This document shows, piece after piece, positions 32,744 through 47,067 of a stretch of 64,000 nucleotides of DNA. The translations under genes and the position numbers were made by a program. This stretch comes from Azolla caroliniana (Eukaryota > Plantae > Polypodiophyta). A model generated the notes under the pieces. The model saw only the letters and a list, made by a program, of their open reading frames with translations. It ran no database searches and was not told where the DNA came from. Location of the stretch: contig JBHGNT010000004.1 in assembly GCA_043228905.1 (NCBI GenBank), positions 4,650,001 to 4,714,000 on the forward strand, given 5' to 3'. Numbering within the stretch: the first letter of the stretch is position 1; every line of letters starts with the position of its first letter.

Positions 32744-33290
32744 AGAGCTTTGTTGGTAAGGTTGCCTAATGTAGACTAGAAGGTGATGGTTTCAACCCCT
32801 ATATTCCACAGTGGCATCCAGTAAATTAAGAGGATATGTATGGGGTAATAGGGAGGTGAGAAAATGGGTCTCAAACCCAAGAGCTAGAGCTAATAATCTA
32901 ACAACTTACCACTACAGTAATTATGATAAAAAGACAGAGCCTAGATGTATAGAGCTTAGTTGGTGAGGTTGTTCAATGGAGACCAAAGGTCCAAGGTAAT
33001 TATGATGAAAAAAAAGAGAGCCTAGATGTATAAAGCTTAGTTGGTGAGGTTGTGCAATGGAGACCAAAAGGTCTAGGGTAATTATGATGAAAAAAGAGAG
33101 CCTAGATGTATAAAGCTCAGTTGGTGAGGTTGTCCAATGGAGACCAAAAGGTCTAGGGTCTAATCCTTACATCCCACAGTGGCATCCAATGAATTAAGAA
33201 GATATATATGGAGAAATAGAGAGGTGTGAAATTTGGGCCTTGAACACAAGATGTAAATTTGGTATCTAACAACTTACCACTATGATAAGC
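32744..33290. repeat. Two copies of a ~175-bp SINE/MITE-like unit with three ~80-bp tandem partial copies between them
   Basis: gttggt(a/g)aggttg...ccacagtggcatcca...tctaacaacttaccacta at ~32752-32913 and ~33120-33282. The segment taattatgat..agagcctagatgtat is repeated three times at ~32918-33160. Confidence 0.7.
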
Positions 33291-33293
33291 TAA

Positions 33294-33297
<4 letters not shown>

Positions 33298-33336
<39 letters not shown>
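33298..33336. repeat. (GA)n microsatellite
   Basis: About 19 GA units. Similar tracts at ~43683, ~48779, ~49385 and ~56898. Confidence 0.95.
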
Positions 33337-33339
<3 letters not shown>

Positions 33340-33351
33340 ATTACTCTTTGT

Positions 33352-33652
33352 GAGTCAGTTCGTTCTCTTGTAAGAAATATATATTATGGTAAAATTTGTT
33401 ACGTAGAGAATTAGATATATTACATGTTATTTACAATAGGTGTCATGAAGAGAGAGTTAGTTTGTTCTTTCGTAAGAAAAATATATTATGGGAATCTTTG
33501 TTAAGTAGAGAATGAGATATATTACGTGTTATTTATAATAAGTGTCATGAGGAGAGAGTCGGTTTGTTCTTTCGTAAGAAATACATATTATGGGGAACTT
33601 TGTTAAGTAGAGAATGGAATATATTGCATATTATTTAGCATAAGTGACATGA
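33352..33652. repeat. ~102-bp tandem repeat, 3 copies
   Basis: Units start at ~33352, ~33453 and ~33556 (gagt..gttygttct..gtaagaaa..atattatgg..tttgtta.gtagagaat). Confidence 0.85.
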
Positions 33653-34310
33653 GTTGACAAGATCTAATTTATATGGATATTTCTCATTCTATGCAAGACA
33701 TCTTAGTAACCATTATAATGTCATATTATTTGTGTTGTCTTGAAGTCATGCATAATATTCCTGATTCCTTACTATCACTTTTTGGTTGAAGAAATCACTC
33801 ATTTTGTAGAGGTTGAATAAATGCTGGAGATTTATGGCCCTAACCACGCTACTCAACATATTATCTTATGATGCAAATGTGGTTGCAATTTCGTTTATTA
33901 GGAGGGTTTATCTTGCTATAATGTATTGTAAGGACAAGTTACAACAAGGGTTTTTAATTCTGTGTTCTTTTAGCATCACGATTCACAATGTTGAAGATAA
34001 AAGTAAATATGAGATAAATAAAGACTTTTTAGTAAATAAATAAATAAATAAATAAATAAATTGAAGTTTCTCTTGACAATTGTTCTTTTTCCGATGTACA
34101 GTCTCCATTCAATTAGATGTTGTTAGCTTTTTACCGAGGACTACATATATGAATCCTCGGAATTAAGTCCCTCACTCATGAGAGTTATTATTTAAGCAAA
34201 ATAATAATCGGATCCAATGCATTTGGTCATCAGTCCAACCGACAAACTAGATGTTGTCACTAAACATTGAAATTTGAGGGGCCAACAGCAAAATATAGAA
34301 GCCAACATTA

Positions 34311-37300
34311 TTAATCAACATCCTCCACTGTCCAATCTTCAGCTACATCAGCAGCATTGATAAGAACAGCCCCATCGGCAGACTCTCTGCTTTCCTCATC
34401 ATCCTCTAACAGCACACCATTGTCCTCTTGAATGAAGTCTTCAATCATATCTTCAGTCTTAAAACAACAAAAAAAAACATATGTTTGGCTTTGAAACAGC
34501 AAATAAATCGATTAGCTTCACCTTGACCTAATACTGGCATTGACAACCAATCTATCTCAGAAAACATTGAAAAATGCAACTCATAATTTGTTTTGGATAG
34601 AGAGTAGATTAAATATATAGGTAGGAAATAGACAATGTCACTAAATTGGTAATAATCAAACCTCATGAAAGCTGTCCCCATTTTCTGTTATGGCATCCGC
34701 CTTTAATTCATCAATTATGTTGACTGATCTAGATACCAAATGTTTGGCATAATCACTTGCAGGTGTAAGATTTTCTCTGATGTATTAACACACCAAACCA
34801 TCAGACGTGAGAGAAGGGTTTCACAAGAAACGGCACAAGAAAAAATGGATTGAACCTTAAAGACTTCATTCTTGTTTCTGCTTCTAATGCCCACTGCCAG
34901 TCTGGAAAAAGGTTAGGATATTCTTCTGGGTCTGCCAACGATTCAGACGCCTTCTGATTTATCTACACATTTAAATAGGACACTATCAGCTTCACTATCA
35001 ACTCTATAGTTAGATATAATAAAATTTTAGTGACACCTTTTTCAGATCATTCCGCCAAAGCTTAACAATCGCTGTGACTTTACTTGGAAGGTATGCTCTG
35101 GCCATGAAAGCTGCTTCTGGTATCCGATTACTGCAGAAACCATAAAGACATTTCAGTTTTCTAAATATCATACGTTCATCAACGAAATTTCTGGTCCATA
35201 GACATTTACCTATCAACAAGAAGTTGCACACAATCTTCAAGTTGTCCAAGCATGAAGAAGCAAATGAATGCCACATTGATTTTTCCACTTTTACAAGCAA
35301 TGGAAGCCAGATTTTTCATCCCTGAGACATTAGCTAGTGATGAATATAGTAGAAGCAAGCCACTCAAGTCCTTTGCATTTTTCATGCATTCTTCTGCTAC
35401 ATCCAACTGCAGACAAGGAATTTATGTAAAAAACGAACTTGAGACAAAACAAGCTTAATTGGTGATTATGCACCAGATCACGTTAGACAATGACACTGTC
35501 AATGCAAATTTTTCAGGAAACTTGACTTTTAATTCAATCAAGTCAAATGGTTACTTACATCTCCATGCATTTATATACCTTGAATGTTCATATATATCAT
35601 GCACGTGGACTGGATTTCATAATGACATTGATCCTTGTTGGATATCATTTTGAATATCCAGTGCATTGCACTATTTGTATAAAATTATTGGTTACTGTAA
35701 TCAGCAAAGAATGAAACATAATTACAAAATTATTTAACAAGATAGACAAAGAGTACAGCTTCCATCAAAATTGTATAGGCTTATTTCAGAATCTGCAAAT
35801 TTTTAATGTCTATGTTCCTTGTACATCCAGCCAAAACGTTTCTAGAAATCGAAGGGCATATCTTTAAATTCTTGAGATGCGAAGCTTGGATATGAAACCT
35901 TATCATGGTGATACTACATTAAACTAAAAGAGTCATTGGCCCCTCCTCTCCTCCTTGGAAGTTGTCATAGGATATTTCCCTCTAAAGACTGTTCAGGCGT
36001 AAGTATTAATACAATTCCCCTCTTCATTCAGATGTCCCTTTGTCTCCGTTGTTACCAGCTGAGCAAGGTGATAAGGATGAATGTTTTGTGATCAAATAGA
36101 GTGGAATGGAAGTTTGAACCTCGAAAATGATTATTATGAAGATGAAATATAACGTGTATATTCTCCTAGATGGCTGCATGAGATTTCCTCAACTAGTGGC
36201 ATTGATCAGACCTGCACCAACTAGCAAACATTTGAGATTCCGATGGCATAATATCAGGGTTTCTTTGAGCAACAGCCAGATTAGAAAGAATCGATGATTT
36301 ATTTCCTATAAAATTAAAACTTAGAAGCAAGATCAGTAGCCTCTTTAAGGTTTCATGCAAGCAACAAGGTAGAATCCTTTGCAGGTATGGCAATCTGATT
36401 AGGATTGTCGGTGTTTACAGTTTCAAACAGACAAAGACGCAAGGTCCTGACTAAAACCACATAGATCAGAAAAATCAGACCCCTGCATGTTTTATATACA
36501 GTAAAAGCAAAAGAAAAAAATACAAATAGTCCCAACCTTCCCTGAAGACAATGCCAGATCTCCGAGCTGCTTCCATTTGGACTCACTCTGGACTTCCTCA
36601 GCAATAGCCTGCCAAATTACTCAAACTCAAAGACCGGATTTAAGAAAAGAAAGTTACAGGAAGGCCTTTATGGGGCATTCCAGAAATACCAACCAGATTA
36701 CATGGCGCTCAACTTATAAACCAGCTTCAGGAATGCCTCACAAGGAGGCGATAAAATAATGAGGGGCAAGGGAGGTCAAGATAAATTAAAGAGAACCTTT
36801 GCAACTTCTAATCTTCCCAATTGAACAGCAAGATCAAACTTGTAGTCAAGATCAGTCACTATTGCAAGAGCTTCTTCAATCATATTACGGGACTCCAGAA
36901 AATGGGCAACACTGTAACCAAATTAGTAAGAACATTTATGGTAAATACAAAAAATGAATAAAGAGGTGTTTGGTATTAATTTATGCTCCAGAAGAAAAAA
37001 ATCATAATCATTTTGCCTATTGTATTGCTCTTTGGGTATTGTTGGAAGCACTTCTTCAGCTCTTTCCATGTCTCCCCTCATGATAAGAGTCTTGTACTCA
37101 ATCAGACTAAGTGACAGTGTATAACTCATGATGCTGCAAGTTAACACATTATAGAGAACCCCAAGCTTCAGTTACAATTTAGGAAATGCTACCGGATACA
37201 AAAGCAACTGAAGGCTTACTTGAACTCTTTGTCAATAAAATAGATTCTGCTTTGACTTGCAAGATATCCAAGTAGATACATTGGATGATCTAGATGGTAC

Positions 37301-40300
37301 ATTGTTGTAACCTGTGAAACGATATGTACTAAGCATAAAGTGAACTAATTCTAGATATTAAAAATTACATGTTACTAGTTTACCTCTCCTCCAACACAGT
37401 AGTTCAATCGCCATGTTGAATTGTTATAAATAAAGCAATCACCAATCCATATACCAGTTCGTACACGCTCTGAAATTTCATGCAAAAGTTCAAATGCATC
37501 CTCAACTCCTTGTTCATCAAGGGAACTTCCAGCATCTACATGAGCAGCCACAATATCTCTCTGTGACAAGAAGCAGTGCAGTAAACAAGTGATATGAATG
37601 CACAACAAGTAATAATAAATGCCACTGATCATAAACAAGTTAATGTTGGTAAGCCCCTCAATTAACAAAGAGTTCACTTACATTAGAATTTTGATTCACT
37701 TACATTATATTTCAGTATATAAAAGGAGCTGTCACTTGCAATTGTTACCAAATCACCACTGTCAGCCCAATAAATATCCTGCATAGATTGCGTAATACCC
37801 AGCAGTTGTCTTAATAAACAGAAACAATATGTGCATTTGTGTAGAAAAAAATTGAAACGCTTCTTATAATAACTACTTATACATTATTTGACACTATAGT
37901 CAAGAAGGTTTCTGGATATGCTGCTGGCAATGGCAGTACTTCATGCAGATTCAACTTAAATGATAACGTTTGCAGACATGTAGTTTATGCATGTCGCCAA
38001 GGAAACTAACATAAAATATTGAGGGACAACACTTCTAATTCTTAGCATGGGGTTTTGACCTCCAGGCCACTATCATTAAAATCATCAGTTACTACATTTT
38101 TCATTGCGTTCTATCATGGGAAATTTGTGGTCCTGCTCTATTATTTCCTTATGACATTTTGCCCTGTTCTCATCTCTATGTTTCCTTCAATATCACCACT
38201 TTTGCTTAGAGCAATCAAGAAAACATTTCCTATTAACATTAATGGTTCTTTGACAATTTTATGATCCTTATAGCAAGATAAAACTAAGACATTTCTTGTT
38301 TCCATGTTAATTTTGGGATGAGCATAACGATCATAGCTACCTTCACTTTTACATCTATACGCCGAATCAAATGAAATTCTGACCAGTCATAAAAGCACAC
38401 AAAATCATTTGAACGAAGAGCAAGCAGGGCTCCTCCATAAATACCCTCAGCAGAAAATGTAGGCCGAATGCTTTTCCTCTCCTGTCATGAATAAAGATAA
38501 CAAGATTTTGAAATTATTTTTCAAAGTATGTAAAGATTGTGATAATCATAAAATATAGGATTGTGATTTTGTTAGGGAATGTTGTATAAACTTTTTAGAA
38601 TCATCAGCCAGCATATCATCTGCGAACCATTCTCCCTTTCCTAACACAATTTTTTGAAGAGGGGCAACATGCATAGAACTTTTATGTTAAGGTAGTGATA
38701 CAAAAATGGAACACAGAATTTCTGATGCATATCCCCGCCAAGCACAAATGGCAGGCGAACAGAAAAAGTAATCAGTACATTGCAATAGACTCTTATAAGT
38801 ATGAGTATGAGCCTTGCTTCACCTTTTGAGACTGGAAATTTAAAAAATATTAATACAAGTGGATAAGTGCCTATGTTTACCTTTTGTAAGCCTACTATAC
38901 CCAACTACCATATATACCATAGCCTTGATTAGCATGACATCCCTACTAGCATGATCATTCGCCGAGAGTAGGTGAGCCCCATCTTAAAAGAGCAAACTGC
39001 AATTCCCAGTGCAAGCTGTGATGGGCACACAGCCTAGAAGCTCCCATACATCAGAATAAATGTAAATAATAGCACATGTATTCCGTCATGGTTTTCTCAA
39101 TTGAAACAAATTTATGTGAGAGAAATTTATCCATTGACCGTGGAGAAGTTTGGATTCAAATAATCACAATTGAAATTTATTGAAACTTTGTCTTTAAAAC
39201 ATAATTAATTCAACTACATCTTGATATTAACAACACCAGTACCTGAAATGATTTGTTGAATATCTTAATCTTTGACATGCTCTCTCGAATGGCATACTCC
39301 CCATCCACAGACCAGGCAAACTCCAGGGCAGACCCAAAAGATCTATTCCTCCACGCTAGTGCTGTATAGATTATGTACTCTCCATCCCCACAAACTACAA
39401 CAAATCTCCCATTTGGATTGTGCTTCAAACTCTATGAATATATAAATAAGAATGGTTATATATGTGGAGACCAATACACCAACTTTACACAAAATAAACC
39501 CTGAGAAAACAGAAAATGCCATTTTACTTGATTTCAATAACGTAACTTAAACCAAGTTGGAGTAAACTTTGATAACATTGAACTTGAGGATATGAGAGAA
39601 GCCAATGATAACTTACTAAATAGTCTCAACTGCAGTAAGAAAAACTACTCCTGTCCTGATACGTGATATTGATTTAGTAAATGATGTGAATCTAAACTCA
39701 TAAGGTTTTACCACAGATACTGGTAGCATACACAATACAAATTCAACCATTTCTTCAAGATACAGATCTGAGATACCCATTCTATACAGGGGTATACTTC
39801 AGAAGACATTTTCCCAGGGTTGAGATCGTTTTCATAGTACTGAAGTGTACGGCATCAAATCATCCAGTTAGCGATGTAGCTGCTATTATGTAGCATAGAT
39901 GGTGTACAGTTACAGATTATGAAGTCCCTAGGCCTTTCATAACCATAGAAAAACACATGCATATCTACTGTAAAATCTGTAACTAATAACATCATTAAGT
40001 GACAATAAGTGAATCTTAATCCTAGCCGGATTCCAGATGGATTTTTCATATCCTAGCCATTACCACTAATGGGGTCTCAGAGACAGATATCAAATACTAT
40101 ATTTATTGATGAGTTCTACACAGGAAATGGACAAAGAGATAAGATTTTTGGAGAAAAGGGAAATGATTTGCAAGAAGAGAGGTGTACTAGGCTACAGAAA
40201 GTGTATACAATTTCGCACTTTATGAAAGTGAGACCAAGGATTGCAAATATACACAGATCCATACAAATCAAATGGGAGATCTAAAAAATGACATTTTTCA

Positions 40301-43300
40301 TATCTCAAAATAAACTCACTTGTGGATAAATATCACAGTTGCCAAGCTCCTTCACAGCTAACGGCAATCTCTCACCATCAACAACCTGTAAATCATGATA
40401 AACCTAATCATATAAGGATGAAAACGTGAACCAAATATGACCTGCATAATTCTAGAGTAAAGATGTGAAAGTTCAAAGAAACTATCTACCAGTTTATTTG
40501 CCTACTAGCTAAAAATGAAGAACAAACTTGAAATAAATAGCATTAATAATGTATGTGTAATTAGGATAAACCTTGAACAACTTACACATGGAAATAGTAA
40601 GGTGATATACTAAAAATTATTAGATGAAGTTAGTGTAAAAATAAGAAATTAAACTTTTCAAGCTTTCAGTAGGAATTATGAATTCCATGCTCCTATTTTT
40701 AGATACTAAGGTATATGTTCTGAGCTTTCAAAACCTGATTGTATAACTTACTACAAAGAAGAAAAAAACAGTAGGAAATACTATACATACATTTGCCTTT
40801 TCCTCAGCTTCTTAGAAAAACTATTACTTAGGAAGCTAATACCTCATCAAGCCCATTTGATTTGACATTCACGGTTAGAATTTCACTCTGTTTGGCCCAG
40901 ATTATCTTGCCATTATTATCCATACTAGCAATGGGCTGATTTTTCCCTATTTTTATCATAATAGTACCCTCATCATATCCTATTGCAACCCTGCAAGTGT
41001 TCAAATTGCGGCTTTAATTCTAACATTAATAAGACATTCAAACCCACTATAAGATATTTACAAACCTATTGGAGCTCTTTTGGCATCCAAGAGCCCATAC
41101 TCGTTCAAGACCATAGTTCAAAGTGTTCTCAAGCCTATTACATACCATTAAACAAGTAGCACATTAGCATAAAAATGAGCAAAGATAGATTTATGAATTA
41201 TAGATTTCCATAGCGAGACGTTACAAGTCTCATTCCATGTGTTACATGATTCCACAGCTTTAGTATCCCTTATGTTTAATATAATTTCCCCTCAGTCTAT
41301 GAAATGAATGTGAGAATGGAATTTGCTAGTTATACTTCAATCAATGCCAAGCATGTGTGGCATTCAGTCTAAAGCTGGTATTCTTCAACAAGCTCTATAG
41401 CAGTTTATCTTAGGAACAAAGACTTGAAACAAACAATAAAAACCCAACTATTTCTAGACTTTGAATCTGGAACCTCACAAATGCTCTTTCCTTCACTTCT
41501 GTAAGTATCTGAAAATGATGCTTTTCCTTCAGAAAACCCATGCCTAATTCATATTATCAGCTCATATAAACTATTATTTCCTATATAAATTTCTGCATAA
41601 CACTTAGATATGCATGCATAAGCACAACTAGAAGATTCATTCACACACTTCAAAGTAATGCATACATTATGATATAGATAGGAATGCTTGAACTTGCCTG
41701 TAGGTAGTTGCATGCCACACACGAACTGTTCCATCCTCTGAACCAGTTAGAATAATAGGCAACTCGGGGTGAAAGCAAACAGCAGAAATATTATGAGTAT
41801 GCCCTTCCAATGTCTGGACGCAACTCTTGGTTTGATAGTCCCAAACCTGCTCTGACAAGAATTTATGAATCAATATATTTAGTACTTACAGAATTTCGAG
41901 AAAACATCATGCAGCTCTTGAGCACAGTTTATACACCTTAGCAGTGTGATCATCTGAACCTGTGATCAGGTAAGGTCTGTCACCACCTGTGAAATAGTCT
42001 ACACAATTTATGCCTTGCGTATGGGCATCCAGACTAAAGTTGGGTTCAGGAGATGCTAGATTCCAGATCTGTTATCAGTGCCATTTTCACAATCTAAGAA
42101 CAAATATCAAATCCAAATGGAAGATTACCCAAATACTTTCTATCCAACATCATACCTTAATGGTTCTATCAAGTGACACACTTGCAAAGGTATTTTTGTC
42201 CTTTGGATTGAAAGCTACTTGCATCACATAGTGTGAATGACCTTCAAATACTTGAGTACAGGCCCAACCCTTGTCCCAGTCCCAAAGTTTGATCGACATG
42301 TCATCTGAAGATGATAGCACATATGGTAGCGTAGGATGTACTGCCACACATCTGATATAGTCCATGTGAGCTTCAAACGTTTTAACTTTGTCCATTGTAT
42401 TATAGTTGTACACTCTAATATGCATATCATCTGAGGATGCCACAATCCATTGTTTCCGTGGAATAAATTTGGCTGATCGAACTGTATTATTCAAATTCAT
42501 CTTGATGTGTTAAGAACCATATCTGAATTATGGCGATTTCAATAAACGAGTTTCCAATAAGGGATGATTAATAAGGATAATCACCTGGAAGTTCTGTTAT
42601 CTCAAAAGATTTCACTAAGCTCTGGCCATAATAATAAGTACGGGTTGTCAGACATAAAATCAGACAGAAACGGCTTGTACATTGAAGGTTCACTATAACT
42701 ACATATACCTTGGATTGATAATTCCAGATGCAAACACTGCCGGTGTATAGCCCTGTTAGTATCCTGTAATACCAAGATGAGATGGTCTAAGGATCTATTT
42801 ATGAACAATCACTTAGGCCAAATAAAGGGACATGAATTAATAAAGTGAAATACCATGGCTCTGTTGGATGAAGGTCAACAGATTTCACACGGTCTGACCT
42901 TTGGGCAAGTTTACGCTGTGGAGTACACCGCATAACATTCAGAAAGAGTACAAATGTTAATCCAATTCATTTGAATGCCAAAGCTCAGTCACAATAATAA
43001 GCATTAGAAAAAAAATACCTTTATCTCCAAACGTAATTGCTGCAAATACAACCATGAAACAATAAGTAGATATTATTAGTTCAGAACCTCAAGATTGCAT
43101 TGAGCTTCTGCTGTAGCACAGTTGATGCTTTTCCATGTTCTTTTAACATGTTATACTTAGAGATGTGAAGCATATTGTCTCAATGAAATATTTCCCATTT
43201 GATAAATACTTTATGTGCAAATAGATTTTCCATCATCACAATTCACATATACTTTATCTATGTGAAGCACCAGATTTCTCTTCGAATTTCATTTTCTATT

Positions 43301-43678
43301 CTGTAAATTATTTTATTCTTAGCTTCTTTTGGAGTTTATAGTTTTGTTCCTCGTTTACACAAGATGTTCAAGTAGAATGTTTTGTAAATGTAAGAAGATA
43401 GATCACAAAAATATATATGACACTTATATTTCCAGTAAATTGAAGGAACCATGCTAAATCATGTTCTACTTTGCAAGTAATGAAATCAGGCAGGCCCTAT
43501 GAGAAGAAAATCAAACACAAATAAACATAGCGAAAGGTCCAAAAAAATACAACATGAAAAGATAAGACACCAAAAAGAAGAAACATCATGTCAACCTGCA
43601 AAAATTATCAGAATAGAGATAAATAGTGGAAATAACTTTGTTTTAGTCATAACATGCCAAACATTATCAAACCATAAC

Positions 43679-43712
<34 letters not shown>

Positions 43713-46430
43713 ATGGATGTTAAAAACAAAGCTACCTCTCAGAGAATACATATTATTCTTTAAGTTTATAAAAAAAAGATTATCTAAAATCTGTCTATGG
43801 AACTTGTTGAGGGAGGTAAAACACCCAATCAAACCACCAATTTATCTAGAATTTTACCACCAGAGATATCTTATAAAAAAACAAATGTCTCTCTAAAATT
43901 TTGGACTCAATAAGAAGTAATTTCAAATCCAGGAAGCTAGATTGCTACTTAACAAGGAAGACGACAGCTTGCCATGACTCCACATTAGCTATAAAGCTGA
44001 ACCCAATGCTGACTGGACTGACCACGTGCTGATCCCAGGGTCTATAGGCGTTGATTCATTCAGTCTAGGGATCATTGTCCCTTGGCCATTCTACATTGGC
44101 CATGCAATGTTGTCTTCCCAATATCAAGAACTCCAGGAGAGATTCTATATAATTATTAAATGTGGTGACAATATTAAGATCCAAGGTTACCTATTTCAAA
44201 ACCTAATCAAACCGCCATAGAATTCCAACATTGCTAAACCAAACATTACACAGAATTCTTCCAAATCTCCTTCTTCCTTACTCGCTTAGAAAACACATTT
44301 GTCATGTGTTATTTATTAGAAACTTGCATGAAGGAGAAAATCAAGATCCAAGCTTGCTATAGTTGCGTAGTAAATGTAAAAACAAATCAGACATTAAAAA
44401 TACATATGTTGTTCAGTTCTAAAAGTCATTTAGCCTCTTAAAAGACATTAATATATTTCTCAGAAAATACATATTTGTCTTTTGCAACTGTTCATAAAAT
44501 CACGAAGAGAAAGGATCAAGATCCTAAGTTACCATTTGAAGTCCTAATTTGGCTTCCATAGTTTCACAACAATCATAGTAATTTAGTAAATAACGTTAAA
44601 CTATATGCAGCCTACCATTCCTCGAATCCTCTCTAGATCTCTATCTCTCTCACCAACTCTTGTTGTTTATGCATTTATGAATTGGAACAGTAGTTGACAA
44701 ATTTGTGTAGAAAATGCACAAAACTTATGAGTGGCTTGGAAAGCTTTTCCATGCATAGTAAATTGAGTGTAAATGGCTCTAAAACAGAAGTTATGCTTGT
44801 GAAGACTAAAAATAAGCATAAACGGATTGTCTACAATAATGAGCCACTTGAAATAGTAGAAAGCTTAAAATATAATGGGGTTGAGGTTCCCTTCAATCAT
44901 AGCTGGAATGAATGCGCTCTTCACAGCTCAGCAACAAGAAAGGGGTTACTATGCATTCGAGAACTTATGTAATGAAAAATAAATAAAATGTTGGGTTCTC
45001 AAGGAATATTTCTTTGGCACCTTTTTAACACCAATGCTTCTCTATGGGGGATTGAAGCACAAGGAGGTAGTATCCCCAAATCAAGTTGGAAATAGTTTGA
45101 AGTTTCTTCACGAAAAGTTACAACTGTCATACATGCTCTTACTTCCAGAGACTGGATCACTTCCCATCGAGATCATGGGCATGGAGAGGGTTACCAAATG
45201 CATGCTTAAGGTTCAAAACAATCCCTTGTGTCAACTTCCGCAAATTACACAGAAGCAAGTTAAAAAGAGACACAAAGCAAAATTTTGGGGTATGGATGGA
45301 TGCAAGATATAAAAAACTGGTTTGGGAGATGAGATGCATTACACTTGTCTTATGATGGCTCAATAGATTCCTCAATGAATGAGGATTTTTTGCAACATCA
45401 ATGTTTCACAGCTTAGGAGGTGTAGAGGCTCATGCTTCAAACATCATATTACACTGCACCAAGCTAGAAACATCTTCTTGAAGAGACAAATCACACTCAC
45501 CGAAAACATGCTAGATCCCTTTCTCTCATCAGCCATTGTACCAGTGCTTCCATATGACTTAGCTTGCATTATACTTGATATGAGACAATGCAATGGGGAC
45601 ATGCAAAGAACACTTGTCTAGTCAACTATCCATATTTTTCTCTGTGGATAGTTGTTCTCCACTACAATGCTCCACCTTCAAACACATTTGAGTTTGCTCT
45701 CCTCAGATTTCTCTATGGTACCATAGATTATAATTGACCTTCAAGAAGAATGATAAAATCTTTCTACGTCAAAAAATGTGCATTCGTCTCTAGAAATTCA
45801 GCTAGAAACACCAAAAGGAGAGGACCAAGATCCAGGGGTCACCATTTTTTATCCTAATTAGTATGCCACCATAGCTGCATAAAATTCATAATAACTCATA
45901 AAACTTTGCCAAACATAACTTAGTCAAGATATCAATAATTTCCTTGAAGATTTTGACCCTCAATTGTCTCTCTTAGGTAATACCAATTTGTGTTGTCAAA
46001 TTTAACACAAAATCGCAGAAAGAAGGGAATTATAATCCAAATTTCCCATTTTTTAATCCTACTCATGCTTCCATAGCTGAGTGTCACTCATAATAAACCA
46101 TAATGTATCCTATAATTCATCCAGACCTCCCAGAAGATGTGATCCTCTCTTTCTCTCTTCTCATCAAATTCTCTCTTAAAGAATACAGATTTTCCTATTG
46201 AAATTCATGAGAATCAACGTTCAAATTTTACATATCTCAATCATGCAATCATAGTGAATAGCATTCATAATAATCCAGTAAACATTGTTAAACCATAATG
46301 TAGCCTAATTTTCTTTTTTACTAGTTCAAGATCTGGATCTGTCTCACTCTCTCTCTCTCTCAGACAGAATGCAGATACACGCTTTAATTTTGCTCAGAAA
46401 GGAGAGGATCAAAGATCCGGAAGTTACCAT
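34311..46430 (-). CDS. COPB2: Coatomer subunit beta' (COPI, WD40 plus coatomer WDAD), 24 exons
   Basis: Exons: 46428-46430 (ATG only), 43019-43039, 42854-42915, 42709-42763, 42585-42621, 42156-42481, 41937-42068, 41698-41846, 41066-41134, 40843-40990, 40320-40385, 39243-39431, 38341-38481, 37704-37778, 37384-37560, 37220-37311, 37017-37133, 36797-36911, 36537-36608, 35210-35406, 35037-35130, 34856-34962, 34662-34776, 34311-34457. Translation [29 protein letters not shown]...[16 protein letters not shown]...[27 protein letters not shown]...[13 protein letters not shown] with an acidic tail. Confidence 0.96.
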
Positions 46431-46440
46431 TTTGAGGTTC
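44100..46440 (-). repeat. Degenerate ~190-bp tandem copies of the beta'-COP exon1/intron1 junction
   Basis: Variants of aaggagaggatcaaagatcc..agttaccatttt at ~44175, ~44335, ~44510, ~45817, ~46020 and the likely true copy at ~46398. Confidence 0.65.
44660..45720 (+). mobile_element. LINE reverse transcriptase remnant in beta'-COP intron 1
   Basis: [13 protein letters not shown]...[12 protein letters not shown] (compare the L.IN..KT and F.YLG motifs) and [11 protein letters not shown], with frameshifts. Confidence 0.75.
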
Positions 46441-46795
46441 TGATTGACAGATCGGAAGGGATGAAAGAAGATCTACCAATGGTGGCTTTTCGAACTGATT
46501 CACTGCGGATCAAATGGAAGCTCGGATCGGATCAGCTCTTGGATCGGTGCAAGCTTCCACTAACTTTGTATTTGGTTTCGCGTTTATGTATTAATTAGTT
46601 AAATCTGAGGTTTCAACAAATCCTCGAGTTACCCCCTTCATATTCTAGAAATTCCCAATATGCCCTTCATTTTCCGTGTTTTTAAAAGGGCAAAGTGCCT
46701 TGATCAAAAGATTAGACTTTAAGAGGTGATGATGATTGGACTACACATTCCGAGTAAGGACATCCAATGTTCTAATGAAACACTTGGACATTTAT

Positions 46796-47067
46796 TTATT
46801 TATTATTTTTCCAACATTGGTTTATATTATGTTTAAAGTGATTTACATGAAATTTCAACATTGATTTTTACCTTTTTAATTGCTATAGACTTACATATGT
46901 CCCAAAGTATTAGTAATAACTGTTATACATGGCCACATGCCTCATGTCGGTGGAAGAAAATACCCATAGTGGTGGCTGATACCCCCAACGTATACAAAAT
47001 ACCTTCATCCTTTCCCATCTCTTCTAAAAAACCTCTTGCTTTCGAAAGACTACATCTGAATCACCTT
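46796..47067 (-). mobile_element. 5'-truncated L1-like insertion with 20-bp TSD upstream of beta'-COP
   Basis: TGAAACACTTGGACATTTAT at 46776-46795 and 47068-47087. A (TTTA/TTA)n tail lies at the left end. The minus-strand peptide RWGYQPPLWVF resembles the L1 C-terminus WNYIPPYWLF near 51350. Confidence 0.8.

Noticed and set aside
34525-34556. Possible cassette micro-exon in the last beta'-COP intron
   Set aside because: The in-phase 30-nt version contains a TAG, and the flanking exons already join in phase.
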